54,235 nucleotides of DNA, filler included, from Sluysia triapertura (GCA_046118255.1; 4 parts of 4 records of this genome joined end to end with filler, not necessarily neighbours in it); one strand, 5' to 3'. Counted from the first letter of the whole stretch, positions 39,448 through 51,510 are shown. The notes: generated by a model not told the origin, from the letters alone. Translations and numbers: made by a program.

Positions 39448-40055
39448 GACAACTTAACAAAGGGTTCGAATTTTTGACCCTCGGAAGTTTGTCCATTTCG
39501 GTCTCATTACGGAGAGCTACTTGATATTTGTTGTGTCAAGGATGAATTTCATTGTTGAAAATTTGTAACAATTTTTTGTAATTGTAAATTCTTGTAACGC
39601 GTAAAATTTGAGTCTTATTTTATTTTTATTTTACGGACTTTATAAAGTAATTGTTTAAATTTAAAATCATTATTTTTATTATAAATATAATTAAATTAAT
39701 AATTTAAGAAAGATAAAAATAAAATTATTTAATGTAAAATTAAAAAATTTTTTTATTATTTAAAATTAAAATAAATGAAATAAATAAAAATTCTATTTAA
39801 TTGGTAAAATTTTTAATATTGAATTTATTTTATTTGATTATTTAAAAATTGTTTGAATGAATCTATTTAGTAAATAGTAGACATTTTCCAATATGATGTA
39901 AACTTTAGGTAAGTTTTTAGCAAAATTAAACACAAAAATTTTAGAATTAACTTTAGTCAGTGTTCCAGCAATTTTATATTCGAGAAGAAACTTTTATTGC
40001 TCCAGCATATTTTTAATGTCCATGTTTAAGTAATTTTTTATTTTATAAGATTTAT

Positions 40056-40416
40056 AAATTCACCCTATAAGGGAATTTTAAAATACACGTAAATTTGTTT
40101 CTTTATTTTTACTCAAGACCTTAATAAGGCTTGCGCAATTAATCTTTAAATTCTCAAAGCAGTCACCTGAAGTTGAACTTAAAATTATTGTTATTATTAT
40201 TATTTTTTATAAATTGTATAAGTTCCTTTTTATGAGTTTTGTTTCGTAATTTTTTATCATTAAACTAAAATCAATTTTACCACTAGACCTTAATACGGCT
40301 AGTGCATTAAAAATGGTAGAGTAATTAACTAAATTCATTAATTAGTTTTCTGTACAAGACCTTAAAAAGGCTTGTGTAATTTATAATTTCATTGAACTAG
40401 CCTTAAGAAGGCTAGT
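40056..40416 (+). repeat. Cluster of related stem-loops (consensus stem-[A]-CCTT-AAN-AAGG-stem)
   Basis: CAAG-A-CCTT-AAT-AAGG-CTTG (40114-33); CACTAG-A-CCTT-AAT-ACGG-CTAGTG (40281-304); TGTACAAG-A-CCTT-AAA-AAGG-CTTGTGTA (40351-78); ACTAG-CCTT-AAG-AAGG-CTAGT (40396-416); variant AAATT-CA-CCCT-ATA-AGGG-AATTT (40056-78). Confidence 0.75.
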
Positions 40417-41092
40417 GTTACATAATATAAAGTAATTGATTATAACGTTGTACTTAAGTATAATTGATACACTTATAGTAAGCTAATTAAGTATACAGTT
40501 AATACACTCTCTTTAAGTTGATTTTAATCTAAGTTTTTTGATAAGTATAAATCCTAATAATATGTCTAAAACATGTATATTAGGCGAATCGACCCTCAGG
40601 TACTTTGTAAGTGCTAACCGTAAATTCTGACCTTTCTTCATTGATTTTCGAGTATTTATTTCCGAACCATTTAATCAATTTAAATTAGGATTATTATTGA
40701 TAAAATCTCATAGAGTTGCCTATCCTTAGGTTGAACGACGCTCACTATGGGCGAACCTATTAATAATTCTCATTTTGCATGGGTCTATACAAAATCTTTG
40801 ATATAAAAACCTTGTAGATCTCTTATTTAGAAAGTAACGAATTTTAAATGATCAATATTATAAGTATTCTTATAGGTTAAACTCATAATTTTTATTACAC
40901 TGTAATTTTTTCAAAATTACATAACAATAAATGTATTTTGTATTTCTTTAAAATTATTTCACCCAATAATATTATTAATTTAATTTTGCTAAGAAAATCT
41001 AACATGTGTATCACGAATACAAGTGATTTTAGTATTCATTGGTTATACAGATGTATAAAATAAATGAATTGGCCAATTTTATTTTAATCACA

Positions 41093-41992
41093 ATGAATGT
41101 ATCTCAGTATAGTGAAATCCATTGTAATAGTACCATTTTTAATCGTCTACCACCACCAATGGCACACTTTATTGCCTTTTTTACAATAGGTTTCATTGGT
41201 TTATTCTTGAATAGCACTTTATTGTATTTATATGGTAAATATCCACGACAAATATTTGGTAAACGAAAATCTTTTCAAGTTCTCATGTTATGGTTAGCAG
41301 TATTCGATTTAATGTCATCGATTGGATTAAGTCTAGAAAATGCAGTATTGATATATTTAATGGAACTACCTATTTATGTCTTACAAATAATGGTATCAAT
41401 GCGTAATATGTTAATAATTGATGAATTTATAGTTTTCATAGTAATCGGATTGGATCGATTAATGGCTGTCATTAATCCAATTAGTACAATATGGTCAGAG
41501 AGATTTGTTTGGAAATTATTGTGTTTACTAATTGTTTTAATAATACCAATCGAAATAATTTCTCGAGTAATCTATACTGTGCATTATTATAATTGTCGTT
41601 TAGTATTTTATTATCTTCTAACTTTATATTATTCATATAAGACAATAATATCAATTCTTTTGTTTACTTATATTTTTATATATTTAATGTTACTTATTGT
41701 CATCATTCAGAAAATATTTAAAAATAAAGACGAAATAAATAGTAGAAAATTTCGATTTATTTTAAAAGTATCTATCGTTATATTTGAATGTGTAATGTTT
41801 TATCTGATAACATTTTTACCGTGTTACATAATTTTAATAAGAAATGAAAAATTACCTGTTACAGTTGTACATATTATTTTACTAAATAGTGTAGCAAATG
41901 GATCAATATTTATTATTAATTCTCATTTTCTTAGAAATATTATTTTCAGACGAAAAATTGCTATCAATACACAATCTGAAAGTTTGAATTAA
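41093..41992 (+). CDS. Single-exon rhodopsin-family (class A) 7TM GPCR, divergent orphan type
   Basis: Seven hydrophobic segments; TM1 GLFLN, TM2 LAVFD, TM3 IGLDRLMAVINP, TM6 ITFLP, TM7 NSVANGSIF. N-terminal N-glycosylation sequons NVS and NST follow the likely ATG at 41093; ATG 41051 is an in-frame alternative. Confidence 0.88.
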   Translation: MNVSQYSEIHCNSTIFNRLPPPMAHFIAFFTIGFIGLFLNSTLLYLYGKYPRQIFGKRKSFQVLMLWLAVFDLMSSIGLSLENAVLIYLMELPIYVLQIMVSMRNMLIIDEFIVFIVIGLDRLMAVINPISTIWSERFVWKLLCLLIVLIIPIEIISRVIYTVHYYNCRLVFYYLLTLYYSYKTIISILLFTYIFIYLMLLIVIIQKIFKNKDEINSRKFRFILKVSIVIFECVMFYLITFLPCYIILIRNEKLPVTVVHIILLNSVANGSIFIINSHFLRNIIFRRKIAINTQSESLN

Positions 41993-42150
41993 TAAATTTC
42001 CCATTAAAGAACTAAAGAAATCATGGGACTTTATTAGATAATTATTGATATAATACACTTTATATCAAAATATATTAACATTAATTTGCATCTTGTTATA
42101 AATTTTATCCTTATACTTTAAATTTATACTAGTTTCATTTCATTAATTAA

Positions 42151-42575
42151 ATCCATTTTTAATCGTCTACTAACACTCATACCAAACTTTGTTTATTTTT
42201 CAATAGCACTTTATTGTAGCTAAATTGTAAATATCCACGATAAATATTTGGTTAATGTCATCGATTGGATTAAGTATAGAAAATACATTTAATGGAAGTA
42301 TCATTTTATGTTCTACAAATAATGATATATCAATATATTAATAATTGATGGATTTATGGTTTTCATTATTATCAGATTAGATCGATTATTAATGGCTGTC
42401 ATTAATCTAATTGGTAGAGCATGGTCAGAGAAATTACTGTGTTTAATATTAATTGTTTTAATATTACCAATCGAATAATTGACACTATCAATTGTAATAA
42501 TTGTCGTCTTGTATTTTATTGTTTTTTTATTTTATATTATTTATATCAGTTAATAATACAATTCTTTTATTATTA
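42151..42575 (+). pseudogene. Decayed tandem duplicate of the GPCR (TM1-TM5 region)
   Basis: Collinear blocks shared with 41133-41660 (CCATTTTTAATCGTCTAC, AATAGCACTTTATTGTA, AAATATCCACGA, TTAATGTCATCGATTGGATTAAGT, TTAATGGCTGTCATTAATC, ATGGTCAGAGA, AATTGTCGT) with many deletions and stops. Confidence 0.9.
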
Positions 42576-43286
42576 AATTTACTCGCAATATGACTATGTT
42601 TAATATTACATATAAATTTAATTTATCAAAATGTTTGGTTATGAATTCGCCTTTGATGATGAAGATCGAATTAAAGCAGTTTCAAATAAATAATAAAAAT
42701 AAATATAATAATAATAATAGTAATAATAATAAAAATGTTTATAAGTACCATATTCTTCACTTAAAAATTATTTTATTTAAGGGATTTAATATGCAGTCCA
42801 ACAGTAGAAATAATACCAATTTTCAATTCGTTTTAGATCCTTTCAAATTCATAATCGTAATTTATAGTTATAATTTAGTTATATTGGTATTTTTCATTCA
42901 CATACTTTAGCACGAATTTTTTAATTTTAATATACATTACTTTTTCTGTACTTAAGTTCTATTTATGGTTAATTAAGTTATATAATGCTGGGTGTTTTTC
43001 TTAACCTAAAAACTTACCTACAGCAAAATAAATAATTATTATAAGTCCGTTTACAGTATACGACTTACCTATGGCGTACCTGTAAAATTACGTGAAAGTA
43101 ATTATCAAAAATTAACTCTTTAAAAGATGCTTCGTCTCAATTTAACGATAATGATCAAAATAACTTAAAAAACTAAGCAAGACCAACGCTAGATTATAAG
43201 TAATGAAACTATTACAAAGATGTCAATTAAATAGTGAAAGTGTAGAATTTATTAGCGTGAATTATTATATTTTTATACCGAAATAA

Positions 43287-43386
43287 NNNNNNNNNNNNNN
43301 NNNNNNNNNNNNNNNNNNNNNNNNNNNNNNTTAATTAATTAANNNNNNNNNNNNNNNNNNNNNNNNNNNNNNNNNNNNNNNNNNNN
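43287..43386. other. Assembly gap with artificial TTAATTAATTAA linker
   Basis: Direct reading. Confidence 0.97.
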
Positions 43387-43575
43387 TAAAACCTTGTAAA
43401 GGCTTATTTCTTCGTATTTTTCATTATTTTATCTTGATTTAAGTATTTTATATGCTTATCCTAATATTACAGTTCATCATAATACCTTACCTTAGTTCTT
43501 TAATAACGTTCGACTTATTCTGTTATCCTAAGTTTTGACCCTTATATTAACCCTTTTCCTTCACTAATCCCAACA
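43387..43575 (+). repeat. Dispersed repeat, second copy of 26510-26690
   Basis: See the 26100-26690 feature. Confidence 0.65.
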
Positions 43576-43764
43576 AATTATTATTTTAAGTTTGAGTTTT
43601 AATTGTTTTTAACTTTCAGTTAGTGATTTTAATTGAATTGTAGGAGATTCCCTGCCCAAATTATATTTTTAGAGTTTTTGGTTATTACGTTAAAATAAAG
43701 ATATTTGACAAGACATAAATATAATTGTTATTGACTTTACTTTTTATAGATATTGGTATTTTAA

Positions 43765-44480
43765 TTTTGCTGATTGTTGCGTTACCTCTGGTTTCCCTTT
43801 TAACCGGAAAGGAAAAAGGAAATTGCGTGCTTAATTTCGATAATAAACAGATCCATTATTGATTTTAAAATTTAATCGTTTTGGTTAATTTACTTATGTT
43901 CTTATATTTGATTTTTTGTAGTAATATAGTATTGAGTTGTTGTTTTTAATTTGAAAATAATAAATAACTTTTTGGCTAATTTAATTATTAAGTTCTTGCT
44001 AATAATTTTGGTTTAAGACGCAACATAACTGTCAAAGTTATTATTGTCGGTTAAATTCTCAAAGTATGTTGCAGTGATTTGCTTGAGAAAATGTTTAATC
44101 AAAAATTTGGAAATAATTGGATGAGAAAACTTTTACTTCACAACAACTCAGCAATTAGTAATACAAATGAGAAGATCAATGCTTTAAGTAATTTTGAATT
44201 TATTTTATAATTAAAAATAATATTGTTTTTGGAGGATTTATATTTGATAAGAGTGAATAATAGTTAATATTTTTCTTACTGTTGCGTCACCTCTGGTTTC
44301 TATGGATAGATTGTTGTGTCCTTAATATTATTTTAAACATTGTTAATTTTGAGATTAAGTCATTTTTATTTAAATTACTCGTATTATTGCTAAAGCGGAG
44401 ACTTATAATAATAATTTGTATTTGATTTTGTAATTATTACATTATTGAGTTATTGTTATTAATTGGAATTTTTTGGTTGA
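43765..44480. repeat. Diverged duplication with ~500-bp spacing
   Basis: TGTTGCGT(T/C)ACCTCTGGTTTC at ~43784 and ~44280, each followed by TATTTGATTTT..TGTA...TATTGAGTT.TTGTT.TTAATT. Confidence 0.55.
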
Positions 44481-45786
44481 ATAAATATCATTATTGAAAT
44501 AAGAAAATTGAAATTATTGAGATTCTCTGTGAGTAAAGTAAACTGATATTGACTTATTGTTTTAATAATTTCAAAGGCGCAATACTAATAGTAATTGTTT
44601 AATATAACGATAATGATTTTAATAAAATAGTAAAAAGAATATTAAAATATATAATAATAATTTTTATTAAAATGTTTGTACTCAATACTAATGAAATATG
44701 CACGCATTCATACAGTGATCAATACAGAGTATGTTTATTAGTAACCAGTCAAAAAAGTGTACTTAAGTAATCAGAATTATTATAAAAAACGAGCTCTAAT
44801 GCGCATTAAAATAAATAGAAAACAGAAGTACAAGACCTTATAATTTCTCGATTATTTCCGTCGACATTTATATTAAAAATGGGAGCAAGATTTAGATTGT
44901 TAAAGTCACTTAACATTTACAGAACAGAAATAGAAAACAGAATACTATGTTAACAATAGTAATACATTATTTGTGCTCTAAATTTATTATATTTCAATTT
45001 CTGCAGTTAATCATCATAAACAACCAGTTTTCATAAAGTTAATAAAGTATATATTTATTAACTGAAACAACATTACTTACAGAGGTTAGTTTAAATTACT
45101 GTTAAGATTGACGAGTTTAAAAAATGTGAAAATTATTAATTGTTTATTCCAGACGGTTTAAATACGTCGTGAAATCTTAACCAAATTATCTTAGACAAAG
45201 TTAAATCTTAACTTTAATGTTATTCAAAGTTATTCAAATGTTGTTATTAAAACAACATTTAATATATAAATTATAATAATTGATTTTCTTTAAAACTATA
45301 ACCACATCATTTTTGTAAATCTTTTTTAATAAGATTCAAAATCACAATAGATTAAATTATACAGTTTTAACTTTGTAAAATAAGTCGATTTAGTAAAGTT
45401 TTTCACGTCGGTTTAAATACGAGGATAAAATTTTATTTTTCGTCCTTGTTTAAAAAATTACTCAAACATATCATTTAATTTAAACTCTCTGCGACTTGAA
45501 AATAAATCATAAAGAGTCGACCGAATTCCAATTGAATTCACGTAGTAACCACATAAAAGTTTCAAAGTTTATTACAATTTACACATTCTATCTTACTTGA
45601 CTCGAAGAAACTACACTATCCTAGAGAATTCGACCTGACTTTGCTATTTTATATTCCAAAATTCTGAGCACGAGCCCTTAATGTGTGAGACTCGGATCAC
45701 AGACGAACTCTTACTTATCAAAATAATTGTGATAGTAGGCTTTCATTAGGAAACGACATCATTGAATAAACCGATCACTCTGACAG

Positions 45787-45911
45787 TGTTGGACTTCATA
45801 AAATGGACTGCTCTACCTACTGAGATATCATCCCCGTTTAACAATTTTATTTTATTATAGTCAATATTACTATCATAATTTTACATAGCACTTTAGGCCT
45901 TTACCCCAACA
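45787..45911 (-). mobile_element. Internally deleted copy of the tRNA-containing TG...CA element
   Basis: Plus strand TGTTGGACTTCATAAAATGGACTG|CTCTACCTACTGAGATATCATCCCCGTTTAACA...GCACTTTAGGCCTTTACCCCAACA. Both termini are retained, T and anticodon arms are deleted, and no clear TSD is seen. Confidence 0.8.
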
Positions 45912-47561
45912 GCACTAAGTTCCAATGATCGAATAAACAAATAATAAGTACTACATTTTGTATCAGAAATCAAAATTAACATAAAGGTTAAAAACTTTCC
46001 AATAAAACTTGTAGTAAATAAAGCAAATTATAAAACGTACACTATAGGTAAACCTTAAAATTGTATTCTGCAAGCAGATTGTTTTTAAATGAAAAGTTAC
46101 AATTAATATAGGCTGTAATATCCGTGTTTTAAAAAACAAATGTTACAAATAAAGTTTCATTACTATTTCCCACGATTAGATTGTTTAAACTACAACAATT
46201 ATATTACCAATATCGACTACTTATCCTCGCGATCTATTTCAAACAATTAATTTCTTGTTTGAAAAATTAAGTCGTACGTTTTGTTCATATAAGTTTTTCC
46301 TTAATTAATTAATCAATTATTAATTAAATATTAATTATTCAATATATATCCATATTTCCCCCATTTTATATATTTTTGAGTTTCAAGTATTATTATTAAT
46401 TGTATATTTTTCGCTAACGATTAGTAATACATAATTCTGCTAACTTTTTGTTTTATTGCATGTAAAAATTAGATAAGATTTCAAAAATGGTTAGAAATAA
46501 GTAAGTTAATAAATCGAATATTCGAATTATGTAAATATTTGGTTAAGAATCGTAAACATATAGTTACCAGTGATAATATAATTACATTATTCAAAAAGTT
46601 ACAAAATAAACGAATAAATGCCCATAGTGTTCAGTAATTGATTATTTTATTTTATTTCAATAAGTTTGCCCTCCAGTAGGATTTTAAGCTTGACAAATTT
46701 TTCGGAGAACTATTCAATTCTTTAAGTGGTACTCAAGCATTTAAATCTGTACTTTTAAGCATTTCTCATATATTTTCAATGGCCATTTAAATAGACCGTA
46801 AAAATTCTAACTTAAAATATAATTTTATAAACAATCCGTACAATAATTTTATAAAATCATATTCATGAAAAGAATAAAAATTATTGTTAATTTAAATATG
46901 CATTGTATTGATTTATTAGTTGTTTTTTCATTTATAATTCGAACCTCGTAAAATCAAATGCTGTTTCACTTTATAAAAACCTTGTAGAAAAACTTATATC
47001 CAATTATATGACTTTTACTTCGTTTTATTAGTAGGTAAGTTTCACGTAAACGTCCTGAAGTGTGGAGTATATTTGTGAAATATAGAAAATTATCTTAAGA
47101 TATTTTTCTATGGTATATATTTATTCTCATTAGTTTGGCTCTGAAAAGAGCACGGTCATCTATTTTCTATAATTTACATTTTAAGATACTTAAATAAATG
47201 ACTTTCGTTGTCTTCATGCACCATTTTAAATCGTGGTGATAAGTGAAATAAAAGGATACATAATTTTAAACTTGAGTTACGATACGTAATCTCATTAAAT
47301 TTAGCTATTTCATATTTGGCAAGCTCATACAATATGAAAATCATTCATATTACTTGTTAATAATGATTTATTTTGTATTTTTACATTATTAATTATACAA
47401 AATTAATTTATGATTATTGTTCAACGAATTTGTGAAAATAACCTTGAATATTTAAAACTACATAGCATACATTATTTACGTAAATGCATGTTTTGTGATA
47501 TTAAATCAATAATTCCCCATTGGTTAATTGTTTAGTCAGTAAGAAGAATTTTTATTTTTAG

Positions 47562-47976
47562 ATTTATTTAACACTCACTCCATAATTGTTTTACTCAATA
47601 TGGATAATATTGTTTCATATCTAAAAGTAAGTTTTATTGTAATATGAAAATTAATTCATATTATTTATTTTTTTAAATTAGTTTATTTAATATGTAGAAT
47701 TTACGTCCTAATGGAACATCAGAAATTCCAAAAAGTAAATTTGATATCACAATGGATGATGACAATGATGAAGATGATGTTATTAATCAAAATCAACCAG
47801 AACAACAAAGTAAACAACAAATTGATGATGTAAATACTAAAGTAAGAAGAAAAAGTTTAATTAAACAAAGCGATATTCGACAAGAATCGTCAGAATTTGA
47901 AGATGTTGAGATGCCTTTAGATCCACCACTACAATTCCACGAAACAATTCCGAAAATTGAAGGTTCTTTAAAATAG
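47562..47976 (+). CDS. Probable two exons (47562 or ATG 47600 to 47626; 47698-47976) of an unidentified gene with an acidic/Gln-rich C-terminus
   Basis: Canonical gtaagt donor at 47627 and tag acceptor at 47697 (71-nt intron) join MDNIVSYLK in frame to NLRPNGTSEIPKSKFDITMDDDNDEDDV...EGSLK*. Confidence 0.45.
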
Positions 47977-48239
47977 CATTCATAATCTGATATACCGATG
48001 ATATTCATAACATAAGTTTCTATCCCTTAACGTAGAAGTTCATTTTTGGATTGAGTTTATTTGTAAACATGTTATGTCTACATCGTAGAGATCAATTATC
48101 ATTACAAAATCTAAAATTATAATCTTTATGTTCATAAGCATGAAAGACATTTGGAAATATCTTTAAAAATAAGAAATAAAAATGCAAAGGAAGTAATCAA
48201 GAACTTACCGCACTATGTAACGTAAAAAAGTACTTACGG

Positions 48240-48760
48240 ATCATTTTAGAAGTAAATCACAATCGTTAATGTGACGAAGCAAATTTCGTTCTCTAAGAAC
48301 ACGTGTCAAGTTTTGAAATCAAGCCAAGGCGTTTCAAGTGATCACGAAGGGTGAATTTCGACAAATTTAATCTCACGAATTGTTATTCGGAGGTTTGCCT
48401 TTATTTTGTCTTCATCGGCTTCAACAAGCCCTCCAAAACGTGGTCCATCTTCAACATCGAAGTTGCCAGAACGAAATTTTGCAAACCAATTTTGGCATTG
48501 TTGTTCGGTCAATACATCTTCTCTGTAGACATCACATAATTCTCGCCTTGCTTGAACTGCATTTTTACCTTTCGATAGTAAAAAAGGAAAATATGCCGAA
48601 AATGCTTTTTTCGATTTTCCAACTTTGATAGGGCACCAATCAAAAACTTTTGCAAAGCATCAAACAAACAAGCCTTACTATATCAGCTGTCAAAATTTTT
48701 TATGTATCGGCTTAAGTGTGAAGTTGGTTATGAAAAATTAAGAAAATAAGTCTTAATACT
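48240..48760 (-). mobile_element. Mariner transposon 5' remnant (mellifera-like subfamily, tentative)
   Basis: Broken translation from ~48622: ENRKKHFRHIFLFYYRK/KNAVQARRELCDVYREDVLTEQQCQNWFAKFRSGNFDVEDGPRFGGLVEADEDKIKA...DHLKRLGLISKLD...ERNLLRHINDCDLLLK. Upstream TGACAGCTG is typical of mariner 5' regions. Confidence 0.88.
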
Positions 48761-48959
48761 TAACATTGTATAAATGAATTGTTACGCGACTATCGCTAAA
48801 CCACCGGAATTGCATTAATGATATCTGTAACATGTTTGTTTTATCTTGCCAATTGAAATGATACTGATATAACCATTTTCTTATGCACACTCAGTTTATT
48901 TTTGTACATTTATGTATGAGTTTACATACGCGATATATTTTTCTGTTAAATATTTAAAA

Positions 48960-49190
48960 AGAATGTCGATGTGCCCCGATGAAGAAATCTATGCAGATGA
49001 TTTGTCTTGCAATGAAGAACAGAGTGATTTAGAAAATTCTGAAGACGAAGATTTTAGTGGAATTATACCCGTCACAAAAAACGTAAAACTAATCAACCTC
49101 TCGATACATCAACTGATTCGGAATCGGACATAAACGGTATTGAAAACGATTGGTCTAAAACTGACAATGAACCATGTCTGTGTGATGGTC
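48960..49190 (+). mobile_element. Possible piggyBac-type transposase N-terminal acidic fragment (frameshifted)
   Basis: MSMCPDEEIYADDLSCNEEQSDLENSEDEDF... then, after a frameshift, QPLDTSTDSESDINGIENDWSKTDNEP. An acidic leader followed by W...D..P resembles piggyBac/PGBD4 N-termini. No catalytic domain follows. Confidence 0.35.
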
Positions 49191-49930
49191 GAGGTTTGAA
49201 AATTTGTAAATTGAGTAATAACAAAAATTTATTTAAATCAAATATTTTCAGTTTACCAAAATAGGACTTAAGGTACTTTCGAATTATTATATAAGAGCAA
49301 AAAATAGGCTTAAGGCCTGATATTAATTCGTCGGATACAACTAAATAAATAAAATAAAGACTATCTTTATCTATTTCACACATTAATGAGAACAAAAGTA
49401 CGTAAAAACAATTATGATCGATCATTTTAAAATTTAAATCAGCCAACCAATTGTAACACTTCCAGTTGGATACAAGATCGACTCCCTGGTACAACTGACA
49501 CCGAAAAGCCAACATTTCATCTATGCGATTACTTTCTTGTGACGGCTTTTCACTGCGTAATACGACTTTAATATTTAAATCATTATGATTCAATGGCCAA
49601 ATCTGAAAGTCAGTTTAACACTGTTGAGTTGCAAATGCTTTGAGTCAAAACTTAAAACATTCTCATTTGATTCATAAGGTCTGTCGAGCTCATATTTATT
49701 GCCGATACAAACTTTAGAACATGATGATGGTGAGTAGTTATAGCATCTTATGAGTCTCTTTTCAACTTCTCCAAAATCAATTTTAAAATTAAACAAATTA
49801 GGATCTGGCTTCATAAAAATCGGAGTATCTTGACCTTCTTCTAAAAATACTAAAATATAGCAAAGAAGCGTACTTGAAGGATTGTAAGAATCATAAATGA
49901 TAGTGTCGACTCGTTTCTGAAACGGGGCAT
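49190..49930 (-). pseudogene. Frameshifted intronless orphan ORF remnant
   Basis: QKRVDTIIYDSYNPSSTLLCYILVFLEEGQDTPIFMKPDPNLFNFKID...NSVKLT, then one frameshift, then FQIWPLNHNDLNIKVVLRS...LNFKMIDHNCFYVLLF (ORFs 49590..49814 and 49093..49593). Confidence 0.5.
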
Positions 49931-51124
49931 TAAGTTATAAAATTCGATTGTTTTAAATCCACTTGGTATTTTATTTACTTTAAAAATTTTCTCGAAATCA
50001 AAACCTTTATTTAAACTTTTTCTAAACCGTTATGAATATTAAAACGAATATTACTTAATTGAAATTTTCTTTATAGTTATAAATTGATAAAAGTAATAAA
50101 AATGATAAAAAATAATAGAATGGTATAGTGAAAAAATAGTAAAAATAATAAAATATTAAAAATAATAAAAATATTGAAAATAATAGAAATAATAAAATAT
50201 TAAAAATATTACGCGAAGTGACAATAATGATGATGTGAATGATGATCAGGGGAAGGAACCATGATATTGGTGTTAAAGATTTTAATTTTTTATTTAGTGT
50301 TATTTGTAGTTTATGCGGATGTAGGAAAGTGGAGATGACATTAAACGGTTGGATCTGGAATTATATGGATGTAAAGAGTAACAAAATTATTAATAAGCGT
50401 GACACCACAAAAGTTATCATGGTATACTACTTTTGCAGCTCCAGCTGTGTTGATAATTTCGTAATCTGGTCAAACTTCTGATATATGGTGTTGGAATTTA
50501 ATACAAAAGTATAGATTGGATAAAATCTACCATTAATATATTTATTAAAATAATTATCTTTAATTTCGTTTTAAATTATACTTTTTTTACATTTAGATAA
50601 TGAAATAATTTTCCAACTTCTATTTTCAAAAAATGCATAGAACTCAGATTAATATTTTGAATTCTTACGCAACATTGTGATTGAAAATATAAATGCTAAC
50701 TAGTTCTAAAAGACACATTTGGAAATTAATAATACTATCATTTGTACAAACTCGTTTTCAAAATATTTCACTCCATTTTATGAAATCTAACACTTTTATC
50801 TTCATTAATATTCCTATTTAAAATGTTTAATATTTTATAACTTACTAATACCAACATTTTATAAAATATGCATAATTATAGTGATGCATTAATAATAGAA
50901 ACAAAGTATGGTTCCTAAGGCATTTGCCCAATTCCGACATAATATCAAATTAACATATACTAAAATTATGTTCACAATATAAAAGATAATAATTAAATAT
51001 AATTAATAAACACAATCACTTACAATCTGAAGTGAATTTTAATTAAAAATTTGAAATGTTTATTTTTGTAAATAATAAAGCCTTAATTTATTTTTAGTAT
51101 TTTCTGTATTGAAATAAGTGACTG

Positions 51125-51510
51125 AAGCAGTACATTTGTGAATGCGTCATTCAATTGAATAATGAGGTTCAACGTTTCGCTGACGAATAAAGATAATAAT
51201 AGTAAACTTGTCGTTCGCAAATAATTGGACGAATAAATGTGAGAAGCCGAAGTTTTTGCATTAAGAGAATATCACAGAATAGTCCAAAAGTTCCAAGGTC
51301 GAGTGCGTAAATTAGAATTAGATTTAGAAACTGAAGTGTGTCATGATCAAGATGCAGATGGGTAAGTAAGAAAGTTCAAAAGTCAATGAAGTGGAACAAT
51401 TTGAGCGAGACAGTGAAGCTTTAGATAGTCATGACCAGAAATACCGTTATAATATGTATACAAGAAGTTACTCGAAAAGATGCAAATCAAAGCTTAATGT
51501 CGAACGAGTA
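51125..51510 (+). pseudogene. Decayed paramyosin C-terminal coiled-coil fragment
   Basis: RVIQLNNEVQRFADE*R**, EAEVFALREYHRIVQKFQGRVRKLELDLETEVCHDQDADG*VRKF and LLEKMQIKA match flatworm paramyosin as recalled ([52 protein letters not shown]). Stops and deletions present. Confidence 0.75.

Noticed and set aside
40056-40416. CRISPR-like array interpretation of the spaced palindromes
   Set aside because: Repeats are non-identical, spacing is irregular (about 17-150 bp), there are no cas genes, and the context is eukaryotic.
6829-42910. Short I/F/Y/L/N-rich ORFs (6829, 9824, 11126, 25739, 34362, 42590 and similar)
   Set aside because: Composition expected by chance in very AT-rich DNA, or antisense to LINE sequence; no motifs or consistent splice signals.
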